A stretch of DNA of 64,000 nucleotides. Source: a virus. Below are positions 18,961 to 28,336 of the stretch, one piece after another. Position 1 is the stretch's first letter. Each line of letters begins with the position of its first letter. The notes below the pieces were generated by a model. The model was not told the DNA's origin. It worked only from the letters and a program-made list of their open reading frames with translations, and made no database searches. Location of the stretch: positions 1 through 64,000 of IMG/VR virus record IMGVR_UViG_3300025120_000001. One strand, written 5' to 3'. A program made the translations under genes and the position numbers.

Positions 18961-19367
18961 AATGGTTTATCCCAGGAAATGTACCATCAAGTAAAAATGG
19001 AAGACGTTGGACAGGCAAGTACTTCATAGCTAGCAAAACAGTTATGAAATATAGAAAAGATACTAAATCTCTCTATCAAAAATATGCTCCGCAGTTTCAA
19101 AAGGAACTAAAGAAGCATAAACTACCGGTCAAAATTGCTTTTACTTTTATTCGTGGTACTAAACATAAGTTTGATTACATAAATCCTGCACAAACAGTGC
19201 AAGATGATATGGTAACCTACGGTTGGATTGAAGATGACAACATGGTTAACATATTACCTGTGTTTCATCCTTATAAATATGACAAAGAAAAACCAGGAGT
19301 AATAATTGAAATACTAAAAAATGGCAAAAGAACCAATGAAAATGCTTCCAGTAATAGGAAGACTTAG
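18957..19367 (+). CDS. Holliday junction resolvase (RusA-like)
   Basis: IPGNVPSSKN, FDYIN..Q..QD.M…IEDDN. Confidence 0.7.
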   Translation: MKWFIPGNVPSSKNGRRWTGKYFIASKTVMKYRKDTKSLYQKYAPQFQKELKKHKLPVKIAFTFIRGTKHKFDYINPAQTVQDDMVTYGWIEDDNMVNILPVFHPYKYDKEKPGVIIEILKNGKRTNENASSNRKT

Positions 19368-19671
19368 AGATTACGGAGTTGCAACAGTTAGAGCAGACTT
19401 TGATGGTCAAGGTGATTCAGGAGAAATTCATGAAATAACATTTCTTGATGTAGATGATGATGAAATTGATGAGGATTTAAGATCAGCTGATCTTGAAGAT
19501 TATATATATGATCTCATAGAATCAGCAGTTAATGATGCTCACGGTGATTGGGTAAATAATGATGGTGGCTACGGTCATATCAACATGCGCCTAAATACTT
19601 GTGAAGTAGATTGCGCATTCTATCAAAGGACAGTTGAAGAGCATGATTGGTTTTGTAATTTATTTTACTAA
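19321..19671 (+). CDS. DUF6878-like acidic protein
   Basis: GV..V…FDG.GDSGEI and DW.NNDGGYG motifs. Confidence 0.7.
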   Translation: MAKEPMKMLPVIGRLRDYGVATVRADFDGQGDSGEIHEITFLDVDDDEIDEDLRSADLEDYIYDLIESAVNDAHGDWVNNDGGYGHINMRLNTCEVDCAFYQRTVEEHDWFCNLFY

Positions 19672-20015
19672 TGCATCCTCATATTCATGCAAAATCCTCA
19701 GTAAAAAAGTGGGGAGGTATTCCAGAAGATTACATTAAAATACATGATTGGTTTGATGAAACAAAAAAATGGATAGGTCATTCTATGCATAGATTGTATC
19801 GTCATCACAGTGAAGGTATATTTGAATGTGAAATAATATTTGGAAAGAAATTTCAAAACTCAGACGGCAAGACCGTATATACAAGATATGTTGGTGAACA
19901 ACATGTCAAAGAAGATTGCAATAATTATGTGCCTTCAGCTAAAGAATGGATTGTACATATGAATAAGAAAGAAAAACCGCAATGGATGATAAAAACCTTA
20001 AAAATTGAAGATTAA
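19671..20015 (+). CDS. DUF6915-like His-rich protein
   Basis: HP..HAKSS.KKWGG..EDY..IH.WFD…HR..RHHSEGIFECE…GEQHVKED. Confidence 0.75.
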   Translation: MHPHIHAKSSVKKWGGIPEDYIKIHDWFDETKKWIGHSMHRLYRHHSEGIFECEIIFGKKFQNSDGKTVYTRYVGEQHVKEDCNNYVPSAKEWIVHMNKKEKPQWMIKTLKIED

Positions 20016-20396
20016 ATGGCAGAAACAAAAGAAATAGTAATAATAGACATAGAAGTTTTTAAAAATTTAAGCCAAATGCTGCAGTCAAGCACTAACGAAG
20101 ATGTACAAATGGCATTAGAAACAATAAAAAATTTAAATCCTTGTGATGAGATAATTAGATTATTTCTAAAAAAAACCACATATCGTGGCAGAAGTGAATT
20201 ATTGAATATGATTGGTCAAAATCAGTGGAATTATAATGATTTAACTATGAAAGAGATTTATGAATGTATAAAAACGTCAAAAAACTCCAATATTGAAAAT
20301 ATAAAAAAAATATATGAAACTTTGGTTGTTGAACATTTTGAACATTTAACTGAAGACTATAATTTCATAGAAGGAAAATATAAAATAATATGGTAG
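20016..20396 (+). CDS. Small helical protein sharing a motif with the BRCT-like proteins
   Basis: FKNLSQMLQSSTNEDVQMALETIKNL. Confidence 0.65.
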   Translation: MAETKEIVIIDIEVFKNLSQMLQSSTNEDVQMALETIKNLNPCDEIIRLFLKKTTYRGRSELLNMIGQNQWNYNDLTMKEIYECIKTSKNSNIENIKKIYETLVVEHFEHLTEDYNFIEGKYKIIW

Positions 20397-21544
20397 CAAA
20401 CTTAGTATCAAAAGCAAGTAAAACTTTAATATTCACAGAGCCCTTTTACGGGCTCTTTTTAGTTGGCCTTAATAAGGTTTATAGAGAAGATATTCCAACA
20501 GCAGGTGTTAGTAAACACGGTATTGGAGCACAATTAGCAATCAATCCAAAATTTTTTAATGATTTATCAGATAAACATAGAATTGGATTATTGAAGCATG
20601 AATTATTGCATATATCATTTGGCCATCTGCTTACACGTGAGCGTTATGATGACAAGAAGCTATTTAATATAGCAGCTGATATAGAGATAAATCAATATAT
20701 AGATTCTGATTACCTTCCAGATGGTGGTTTAACCTTGGATACATTTCCTGAATTAGATCTTCCGGTAAGAGCAGGTACAGATGTATATTATGATTTGTTA
20801 AGTCAAGCAAAGCAAGATGGAACATGCCCATCATTAGATGACTTACTTGGTCAAATGGATGGTACAACACCTCAATGCCATGGTACATGGGATGAGTTTG
20901 AAGACTTACCAGAAGCTGAGAAAAAGTTAATTGAAAAACAAATTGAACATAGGATCAAAGAAAACGCAGAACAAACTGAAAAAAGACAAGGGAATATTCC
21001 AGGTGAATTGCAAGATCTTATTCAAAGACTGCGTCATGTAGAACCGGCCAAGTTTGATTGGAAAGCGTACCTAAGAAGATTTGTTGGTAATTCCTCAGTT
21101 GTATATACAAAAAAGTTAAGACGTAAATACAATAAGAGATATTTTGAAAACCCAGGTTTGAAGATTAAGTTCAAAAATCATATATGTGTAGGTGTTGATA
21201 CATCCGGATCAGTAAGTAATGATGAATTGCAAGAGTTTTTCTCTGAATTGAGTCATATGCATAAGACTGGACATAAGATAACTATAGTACAGTGTGATAC
21301 ACAAATTAGTTCTGTAAAAGAATTTAATCCAAAATGTGATTGGGAAATACATGGTAGAGGTGGTACATCATTTCAACCAGTAGTAGATCATTATAATGAA
21401 AAAAAGAGTTATACAGCTCTTATATATTTTACAGATGGAGAAGCTTGGGCTCCGGAAAACTGTCCCAATAATACACTTTGGGTTCACAGCAGTCATTGCA
21501 ATGTCAATGAAGAACTACCAGGACAAAAAATACAATTAAATTAA
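20390..21544 (+). CDS. Metallopeptidase-VWA protein (DUF2201-like)
   Basis: KHELLH (HExxH), NIAADIEIN; VWA MIDAS DTSGS, GGT, FTDG. Confidence 0.9.
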   Translation: MVANLVSKASKTLIFTEPFYGLFLVGLNKVYREDIPTAGVSKHGIGAQLAINPKFFNDLSDKHRIGLLKHELLHISFGHLLTRERYDDKKLFNIAADIEINQYIDSDYLPDGGLTLDTFPELDLPVRAGTDVYYDLLSQAKQDGTCPSLDDLLGQMDGTTPQCHGTWDEFEDLPEAEKKLIEKQIEHRIKENAEQTEKRQGNIPGELQDLIQRLRHVEPAKFDWKAYLRRFVGNSSVVYTKKLRRKYNKRYFENPGLKIKFKNHICVGVDTSGSVSNDELQEFFSELSHMHKTGHKITIVQCDTQISSVKEFNPKCDWEIHGRGGTSFQPVVDHYNEKKSYTALIYFTDGEAWAPENCPNNTLWVHSSHCNVNEELPGQKIQLN

Positions 21545-21559
21545 AAAGAAAGAAAGATT

Positions 21560-22834
21560 ATGGCACAAGTAAATTTAAATGTTGATGATTTAAACGGCTT
21601 CATGAAGCACATTATAAGTAATAATAGATTTCTACAGGAACAAGGTAAATTACCAGTTGCAGTAGAAGTTCTAGGTGAATCAGGTATTGGTAAAACATCT
21701 ACCGTAAAGCAGATTGCTGAGACTCACGGTATGGATTTTGTAAAATTAAATTTAGCTCAGATTGAAGAGCTTGGTGATCTTGTTGGTTTTCCAATAAGAG
21801 AGTTCCAAATGTATAAAGAAAAAGTTGTATCCGTAAATGGAAAAACTGACACTATAAACTATGGCGCTCAGTCTGCAGCATCAGAAGATGTAGCAAAATT
21901 GTCATCTAATAATACTGTTACAAAGAAGATTGGGCAGTGGGTAAGCGAGCTTGCAGTTAGTGATTACTTAAACAATGGTTACAAGATGACTGGTAAAAAC
22001 CGGATGTCATACTGTGCTCCGGAATGGATTGCAGGTAAAAAGAAAGGTGGTATCCTCCTTTTGGATGATTGGAACCGTGCAGATGTTAGATTTATTCAAG
22101 CCGTTATGGAGCTGATAGATCGTCAGACGTATATCTCTTGGTCACTTCCTGAAGATTGGCATATTGTATTAACCGCAAATCCGGACAACGGAGACTATAT
22201 GGTTAATTCTGTTGATGCAGCTCAAAAGACACGTTATATCACTGCTAATTTGCAGTTTGATGTAAACTGTTGGGCTCGTTGGGCAGAGGAAGCAGGTATT
22301 GATACAAGATGTATTAACTTTTTGTTATTACATCCAGAGCTTGTTACACAAGAAACAAATGCTCGTGCAATTACCACATTCTTTAATGCAATATCAAGTT
22401 TTGAAAACTTTGAAGATAGCTTACCTTATATTCAAATGATTGGAGAAGGTAGTGTTGGTGATGAGTTTGCGTCTATGTTTACCGTGTTTATTAATAACAA
22501 GTTAGACAAGTTGGTTACACCAAAAGATTTATTGACTCATGATAATGAGGCATATATTCTTGGTGAATTAACGGGATGTGTTGGTAAAGATGATGATTAT
22601 CGTGCTGATATTGCATCAACTATGGCAACAAGACTCGCTAACTTTGCTGTTGTATATTCAAAGGATAATACAATCAATCAAAAGATTACTGATAGATTGG
22701 AAAAACTATGTACAAAAGATTACTTTACAAATGATCTTAAGTATTTAGTTGTGAGAACTATATTTAACGGGAATAAGCAAAAGTTTAATAAACTTATGAT
22801 GAAACCTGAAATAATTAAAATGACTGTAAAGTAA
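21560..22834 (+). CDS. MoxR-like AAA+ ATPase
   Basis: GESGIGKT, ELGDLVGFP, LLDDWNRA, LTANP. Confidence 0.88.
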   Translation: MAQVNLNVDDLNGFMKHIISNNRFLQEQGKLPVAVEVLGESGIGKTSTVKQIAETHGMDFVKLNLAQIEELGDLVGFPIREFQMYKEKVVSVNGKTDTINYGAQSAASEDVAKLSSNNTVTKKIGQWVSELAVSDYLNNGYKMTGKNRMSYCAPEWIAGKKKGGILLLDDWNRADVRFIQAVMELIDRQTYISWSLPEDWHIVLTANPDNGDYMVNSVDAAQKTRYITANLQFDVNCWARWAEEAGIDTRCINFLLLHPELVTQETNARAITTFFNAISSFENFEDSLPYIQMIGEGSVGDEFASMFTVFINNKLDKLVTPKDLLTHDNEAYILGELTGCVGKDDDYRADIASTMATRLANFAVVYSKDNTINQKITDRLEKLCTKDYFTNDLKYLVVRTIFNGNKQKFNKLMMKPEIIKMTVK

Positions 22835-22835
22835 T

Positions 22836-23873
22836 ATGGCAGGAAAAAATGTTTATCAAAAGCATGATGATGATGCACTGAAACATTTTGGTTTGGATAA
22901 TGACCCCTTTTATGGGGTCATTACTTCTGACCAAGTTGATGATGTGCTTATAACACAGGATGAAACTACTTTTAAAAAAGTAAGAGATATACTATCTGAT
23001 GAAAGTATAGATGGTACTCAAATAAAGAACCATAAAAGGGCATTTGTATTGCCTGGATGTTCTGTTACACTAGATAGATTGAAGGCTGCTTGCAAAGAGC
23101 ATAAAGTCACTATAACAAATGACTATGAAAAAGCAGATTTTGTAATAACTCATGATTCTTTTTATGAGAAGTTTAGTAATGGTGATAAAATAAAAATTAC
23201 CAAGCTTATGTATAGATTATGGAATTTTGAAGCTTTTAATGGTGAAGATATACCCTCTAATAGGTCTTGCAGTATAATTGAAAATCATCCTCAGCCTACT
23301 ATATGGGATGATAAATGGAATGATAGAAGTATTACTAGCTATAATTGTTCTAACCCTATAAGTTTAATGGACGAATGGGGTATTACAGGATTAGCTTTAA
23401 ATATTGCTTATCTAATAGATACAGGTGAGATGAATGTCATAAGTGAAGAGAGTATTTTGCATGCTTCTGCAAATCAGATAGATTTAACTGAAGATTTAAT
23501 TAAAGAATTAGAAACTTGGGTTCAATCATATGATGATGAAAATACAGCTATTGCAGCTAAAATATTACCTACTGTTGATTATTCAAAAAAACCCCATTTA
23601 TTATGGGAGCTAGCTAAATCTTTATGTAGTTATACATATAAATTTAATAGAGATAAAGATGTGAAATATTGGTTGGAAAAATCAGAACTTAATGATTTAT
23701 ATCATACTTCCGCAGAAGATATGATTATAAAACTTGAGGAAGAAGAAAAACTAACTAATGAATCATTTAGATATCTAGAAAAAATAGTACGTACAGAAAT
23801 CTCCATACACAACAGAGAACTTTATGTATTTAAAGTAAGTGTTAAACCAGAATATAAAAAATACTTAAAATGA
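22836..23873 (+). CDS. BRCT-like domain protein 1
   Basis: AFVLPGCSVTLDRLKAACKEHKVTITNDYEKADFVIT fits BRCT beta1-alpha1-beta2-beta3. Confidence 0.55.
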   Translation: MAGKNVYQKHDDDALKHFGLDNDPFYGVITSDQVDDVLITQDETTFKKVRDILSDESIDGTQIKNHKRAFVLPGCSVTLDRLKAACKEHKVTITNDYEKADFVITHDSFYEKFSNGDKIKITKLMYRLWNFEAFNGEDIPSNRSCSIIENHPQPTIWDDKWNDRSITSYNCSNPISLMDEWGITGLALNIAYLIDTGEMNVISEESILHASANQIDLTEDLIKELETWVQSYDDENTAIAAKILPTVDYSKKPHLLWELAKSLCSYTYKFNRDKDVKYWLEKSELNDLYHTSAEDMIIKLEEEEKLTNESFRYLEKIVRTEISIHNRELYVFKVSVKPEYKKYLK

Positions 23874-25096
23874 AAGATTTAAGCAATGTGTATTTCCTAG
23901 ATATATTTCTAGGAGATGACACATATAAAAAAACAAACTCCGGGCTTCGTGCTTCAGGAGTGGCTACTGCAGAAGAACTTAATAATGCTTCATATAATAG
24001 CCCTATAAAAACATCAAAACAACTCTTTTCTCCTTGCGGAAACTTTGGCTATTTTAAAGCCATAGTTGAAACTAAAGATATACATAAAAGGAGGGGAATA
24101 TTTGCTAGTGTATTTCAAACAGGTTTTAAAGAATTAAATGCGGTTGATTTAAAGGATAAGTCCTTCTATAGGACTCCTAGTTTAGATCTACCACAAATGA
24201 AAGTTCAAAACTTAAAAGACAAACACAACATATCCATCACTAGAAAAAGAGATATAGCAGATTACATTATTACATCAGATAAATATATGGAAAACCTATT
24301 TAATTGGGCATACCAGGATGTATATACTATCAATCAGTATAAATCATATTTAAAACATATAGATAATAACATTAATGATGATGTTAGGTTGAAGTTAAAT
24401 AATTTAGCAGATCATATAGAAAATCATGATCAGGAAGCACACATTTACCTCAGCGTTAGATTTGAATCATGGAATTATTCTAGTCAGATTAAAAATGTAT
24501 TTCAAGTATCTTCAGGTCCTTTAAAAGACGGAGGTCAAACGCCTCATTATTGTAAAGATGAAGAGATGTTTTATTTATTACAAAATGCAAGTTTATCTGA
24601 TAAACTAGTCAAAGACACAGCTTTATTACATCTTTGTAATGAGGATTCGGTTGTTTTAACTGCCAAAGATTGTAAAACAATATCTGATATGATTAATTCA
24701 GATGATGATCAAAGTTCTAGTCTGGCATTAGAAATGATGGCTAACTGTAACGTTGAAGCATCTTATGATAAGATTGCATTAATATTTGCATTTTATGATC
24801 ATAAACTTAGATATTGCTCAAATTGGAATCATATTAATGTAAAATCATTGAGAAAAACAATGAATGGAGTTAATTCAATAGATGATAGGTCTGGTCACGG
24901 ATTTAATAGTTTGGTAAAACACTTGCATCAAAAAAATGTACTTACAGAATTTGCTGTTGGTGCCATTTCAAATAAAATGTGCAAGACAATACTAAAATAT
25001 GTTCATTTGACCAGTGAAGGTTCCGTGTTTGATGTAAAAGCATCAGATTTAAAGTTAAAATCTGAATTTACTGTTTCAGATGACTTACCATTTTAG
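23870..25096 (+). CDS. BRCT-like domain protein 2 (paralogue)
   Basis: FYRTPSLDLPQMKVQNLKDKHNISITRKRDIADYIIT; C-terminal LALEMMANCN. Confidence 0.55.
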   Translation: MKDLSNVYFLDIFLGDDTYKKTNSGLRASGVATAEELNNASYNSPIKTSKQLFSPCGNFGYFKAIVETKDIHKRRGIFASVFQTGFKELNAVDLKDKSFYRTPSLDLPQMKVQNLKDKHNISITRKRDIADYIITSDKYMENLFNWAYQDVYTINQYKSYLKHIDNNINDDVRLKLNNLADHIENHDQEAHIYLSVRFESWNYSSQIKNVFQVSSGPLKDGGQTPHYCKDEEMFYLLQNASLSDKLVKDTALLHLCNEDSVVLTAKDCKTISDMINSDDDQSSSLALEMMANCNVEASYDKIALIFAFYDHKLRYCSNWNHINVKSLRKTMNGVNSIDDRSGHGFNSLVKHLHQKNVLTEFAVGAISNKMCKTILKYVHLTSEGSVFDVKASDLKLKSEFTVSDDLPF

Positions 25097-25117
25097 GGGT
25101 AGCCATAATTGATTGTT

Positions 25118-25158
25118 ATGGGCAGGTGTTTCTGTGAACATCTGCCCACCCCTTTTTT
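25118..25158 (+). terminator. Intrinsic terminator closing the primase-MoxR operon
   Basis: TGGGCAGGTGTT/AACATCTGCCCA, then CCCC and T6. Confidence 0.65.
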
Positions 25159-25171
25159 AAAAATTAAAATT

Positions 25172-25537
25172 ATGAGAGATAAAATAATAAAAGTGATAGA
25201 AAGGCATGGCCTATGGTTTTTTTGCCTATGGTGTTTGTTTATAGTATTTGCGCTAACATCTTGCAATGATATAGAAAGAAACCAGGAGAGAAACAAACTT
25301 ATTGGTATTGCATGGGATAAAGCAGAAATGGTTGATGTTAAATACTATAAGAGTAAAAGTAGTGACCGATTTTTGCAAAGCTTTGAGATGGATGGATATA
25401 AGTTTGTGGTATTTAATAATGGATATGGCAGTGCCATGCAAGCAATACCTTTAAATAATAATGCAGAGTATATTCGTATGTTAGAAGAAGAGAATCAATT
25501 ACTAGGAGAAACATTAGCGGAGTATGAGTCAAGATAA
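25172..25537 (+). CDS. Putative lipoprotein
   Basis: Start moved to MRDKII; ALTSC lipobox. Confidence 0.6.
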   Translation: MRDKIIKVIERHGLWFFCLWCLFIVFALTSCNDIERNQERNKLIGIAWDKAEMVDVKYYKSKSSDRFLQSFEMDGYKFVVFNNGYGSAMQAIPLNNNAEYIRMLEEENQLLGETLAEYESR

Positions 25538-25691
25538 AAATAAATGCTGTATATGTAAAGAAGAAATAACGGGTTATGGAAATAATCCAGCACCAGTAGC
25601 TGAAGGTAGATGTTGTGATAGTTGCAATGCAACTGTTGTCATACCTGAAAGAATTAATAATCTATTAAAACATTATGAAGATGGGAAATAA
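25524..25691 (+). CDS. Small zinc-finger protein (55 aa, not in track)
   Basis: KCCICKEEITGYGNNPAPVAEGRCCDSCN. Confidence 0.7.
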   Translation: MSQDKNKCCICKEEITGYGNNPAPVAEGRCCDSCNATVVIPERINNLLKHYEDGK

Positions 25692-26085
25692 ACATCCAAA
25701 ACAAACCAGAGAGCATGGAAAAAAATATGCTCCTTATATAAAAGAGATAATTGCATCACATCTCAGTGGAATGACTGATTTAGAAATGTCTAACATTCTT
25801 GAAAGAACATGCACAAACATGTCAAGAAAAAGAACAGATGTAATGAGAGAGTATACTTTACAACAAGTACAAAATGTAAACTTTCTTTTATGGGAAGTTA
25901 CTAAACTTACATTAGAAAAAGAACTTCTAATGGAAAGACTTGATTCTGACTTTGGTGTAATTGGTATAGAAATTTCAGATAAAGACATAATAGAAAGATT
26001 AATGAAAAATTTTGAAATCTCTAAAGAAGAATTAAAAGAATTTAAAGATCAAAAATTTAAAGATTATTTAGAACAACATGATTGA
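25675..26085 (+). CDS. Hypothetical protein
   Basis: ORF track. Confidence 0.6.
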   Translation: MKMGNKHPKQTREHGKKYAPYIKEIIASHLSGMTDLEMSNILERTCTNMSRKRTDVMREYTLQQVQNVNFLLWEVTKLTLEKELLMERLDSDFGVIGIEISDKDIIERLMKNFEISKEELKEFKDQKFKDYLEQHD

Positions 26086-27064
26086 TAAACAAAAAGAAGA
26101 GGTGTTTTATGCTAAAGATTTTAACTTTAGTTATTCCTCTATAAACAAATTAATGTTTTCCCCATCCTTATTTTATAAGGAGTATATATTACAGGACCGT
26201 GAAGTGCGTACTGATAAACATTTAGTTGAAGGTAAGCTTGTACATTGTCTATTATTAGAGCCTGAAAATCTTGAAGAAAAATTTAAGATTGTACCAGGCA
26301 AGACTCCTACAGATAATGTAAGAAAAGTATTACATATTATATCTGAAAAATATACGTCTGAAAAATTAGCAGACATACCAGATTTTATGATAACAGATAC
26401 TTTAAAAGAAGTAAACCTATATCAGTCACTGAAGACTGATGAGGCAAGAATTAGTAAAATTAAAATTGATGATTATGATTTATATTGGAAGTTTATTCTT
26501 AATAAAAATGTGGACATTGTTGACCAAGATACCTTGGCTCGTTGCAATAGTTACGTTGACATATTAAAAAAAAATAAAGAAGTAAGTGATTTATTAAATA
26601 TAGAGAAGACTGATTTTGAACTTGATGATTCTGCAAAATTTGTAGAAAAATATTTAAAATGTGATCTTAAGAACCATAATTTTGGTTTACACGGTTATGT
26701 TGATTTTTACAAGATAGATCATGAAAATAAACAAGTTGTAATTGCTGATTTAAAAACAACAGGGAAGAGCATTGCTGATTTCCCAGAAAGCGTTGAATAT
26801 TGGAATTATTATATTCAGGCAGCTGTATATTTTAAGTTGGTTTATGAAAATTTAGATCCTAAATTTAAGGATGATTACAAAATTTTATTTAAGTTTGTTG
26901 TGATAGACAAGTATAATCAAGTTTATGTATTTGATGTACTTGACGAGAGCATGAGGGCATGGGCGTTTAGTTTAAGTGATATATTAAATAGAGCGGAATA
27001 CCATTATACAGAGAAAGATTATAGCCTTCCTTATGACTTTGCAACAAATAAAATAAGACTATAA
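26078..27064 (+). CDS. PD-(D/E)XK exonuclease (RecE/ExoVIII-like)
   Basis: SYSS, G..VHC..LEP, GYVDF..IADLKTT, Y.IQAAVY. Confidence 0.85.
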   Translation: MIDKQKEEVFYAKDFNFSYSSINKLMFSPSLFYKEYILQDREVRTDKHLVEGKLVHCLLLEPENLEEKFKIVPGKTPTDNVRKVLHIISEKYTSEKLADIPDFMITDTLKEVNLYQSLKTDEARISKIKIDDYDLYWKFILNKNVDIVDQDTLARCNSYVDILKKNKEVSDLLNIEKTDFELDDSAKFVEKYLKCDLKNHNFGLHGYVDFYKIDHENKQVVIADLKTTGKSIADFPESVEYWNYYIQAAVYFKLVYENLDPKFKDDYKILFKFVVIDKYNQVYVFDVLDESMRAWAFSLSDILNRAEYHYTEKDYSLPYDFATNKIRL

Positions 27065-27648
27065 TGACTGGAGCCTACATGCAGTATTTTCAAAAATCTA
27101 AAATTTTTTTATATCCTTTACTAGATATTAGAAAAGGAGAAGAATTCGTTCCGGTAGAGACATACATCTACTGGGACGGACTTTATGATGAATCAGATTA
27201 TAAATATATCTGCATTTATCATACAGAAAGATCTGAAAAATTTAAGACTTTTGATATAAGGCACTTATCATCTCACCCTTTATTTGAACACAATGAAAAG
27301 GGTGAGGATAAGCAAATATACGTGTTTGATTACTCACAATTTAAACATGACTATGAGATGTTTGTAAAAGGTTCCTATTCAAAATTTTCTATTGAGACAA
27401 AGAAAAAGATACTTACATACTTCGGTAGAGTAGGTAGAATAAGTGGTTATATAGAATCTTATTTAGATCCGGAATCACACCATAAAACATATGCAAAAGA
27501 ACTAGACGTAGACCTAAAATTAATTGAATCAACGTATGAACTTTGTTCACCACCAGACTTAATAAAAGAGACATTAATAGAAAAAATACCAAATGAGTTT
27601 GCGTTATTAAGGAATAATTCTATATCTTTAAACAAAAATAATCAATGA
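27064..27648 (+). CDS. Hypothetical protein
   Basis: Coupled ORF. Confidence 0.7.
   Translation: MTGAYMQYFQKSKIFLYPLLDIRKGEEFVPVETYIYWDGLYDESDYKYICIYHTERSEKFKTFDIRHLSSHPLFEHNEKGEDKQIYVFDYSQFKHDYEMFVKGSYSKFSIETKKKILTYFGRVGRISGYIESYLDPESHHKTYAKELDVDLKLIESTYELCSPPDLIKETLIEKIPNEFALLRNNSISLNKNNQ
27598..27630 (+). promoter_or_regulatory. Bacteroidota-type promoter variant
   Basis: TTTG-N21-TATCTTTA upstream of 27645. Confidence 0.45.
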
Positions 27649-28073
27649 GTACAAAAAAATCAATTGGTCAAAACATGATGTTAGTCTCTTCTTCGTTCAG
27701 AGGAGTTAAGTCATTTAATTTAATTTCAGTCACAGAAGACTGCCCATACGTAGAAGGAATGTTTGATCCGTCTACTGGAATACTTGTAATGATTTCTAAA
27801 ACAATGAAAGAAACATTTACAATGTTACCCAGGTTAGATGATAACGGCCAACCGCAAAGACTTAAGGTTCCTAGTAAGGAAACAGGTAAAGTTCATAAAG
27901 AGCAAAGAGTTTCAATTAATACATTTTCTGAATTTTATATTACAGAGAAAGAAGAAATTGAAAATTTCCTTGCAATCTTTTCAGTTAACTTTGCAGACTT
28001 TGATGTTGCTAAATACATGACTGAAGTTGATGCAAATGAAACCAAAACTTCATCTATCATTATGCCTGCATAA
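27645..28073 (+). CDS. Hypothetical protein
   Basis: ORF track. Confidence 0.7.
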   Translation: MSTKKSIGQNMMLVSSSFRGVKSFNLISVTEDCPYVEGMFDPSTGILVMISKTMKETFTMLPRLDDNGQPQRLKVPSKETGKVHKEQRVSINTFSEFYITEKEEIENFLAIFSVNFADFDVAKYMTEVDANETKTSSIIMPA

Positions 28074-28113
28074 TATTATATTAAAAAGGATATGCTTACA
28101 AGCATGCATCCAT

Positions 28114-28149
28114 AAAGGCTCCTGGTATACTAACTAGGAGCCTTTTTTT
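28114..28149 (+). terminator. Intrinsic terminator
   Basis: AAGGCTCCTGGT/ACTAGGAGCCTT followed by a T-tract. Confidence 0.75.
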
Positions 28150-28165
28150 ATGACTAAAAATTAAA

Positions 28166-28336
28166 ATGATGGAAACAATAGTTCAAATGAAAGAGAGACT
28201 AATGACTTTAGCTCTTAAAAAACATAAGACATTAAAAAAAGCAGCCGATGCTTTAGGAATTACTGATATAACATTACGCACATTTAAAAATAAACTTAAA
28301 AAAGAAAAAAATGAATCATTGGATAATGGATTATGA
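28166..28336 (+). CDS. Fis-like HTH protein (56 aa, not in track)
   Basis: LALKKHKTLKKAADALGITDITLRTF resembles the Fis/HTH_8 helix-turn-helix; overlaps the pol start. Confidence 0.6.
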   Translation: MMETIVQMKERLMTLALKKHKTLKKAADALGITDITLRTFKNKLKKEKNESLDNGL

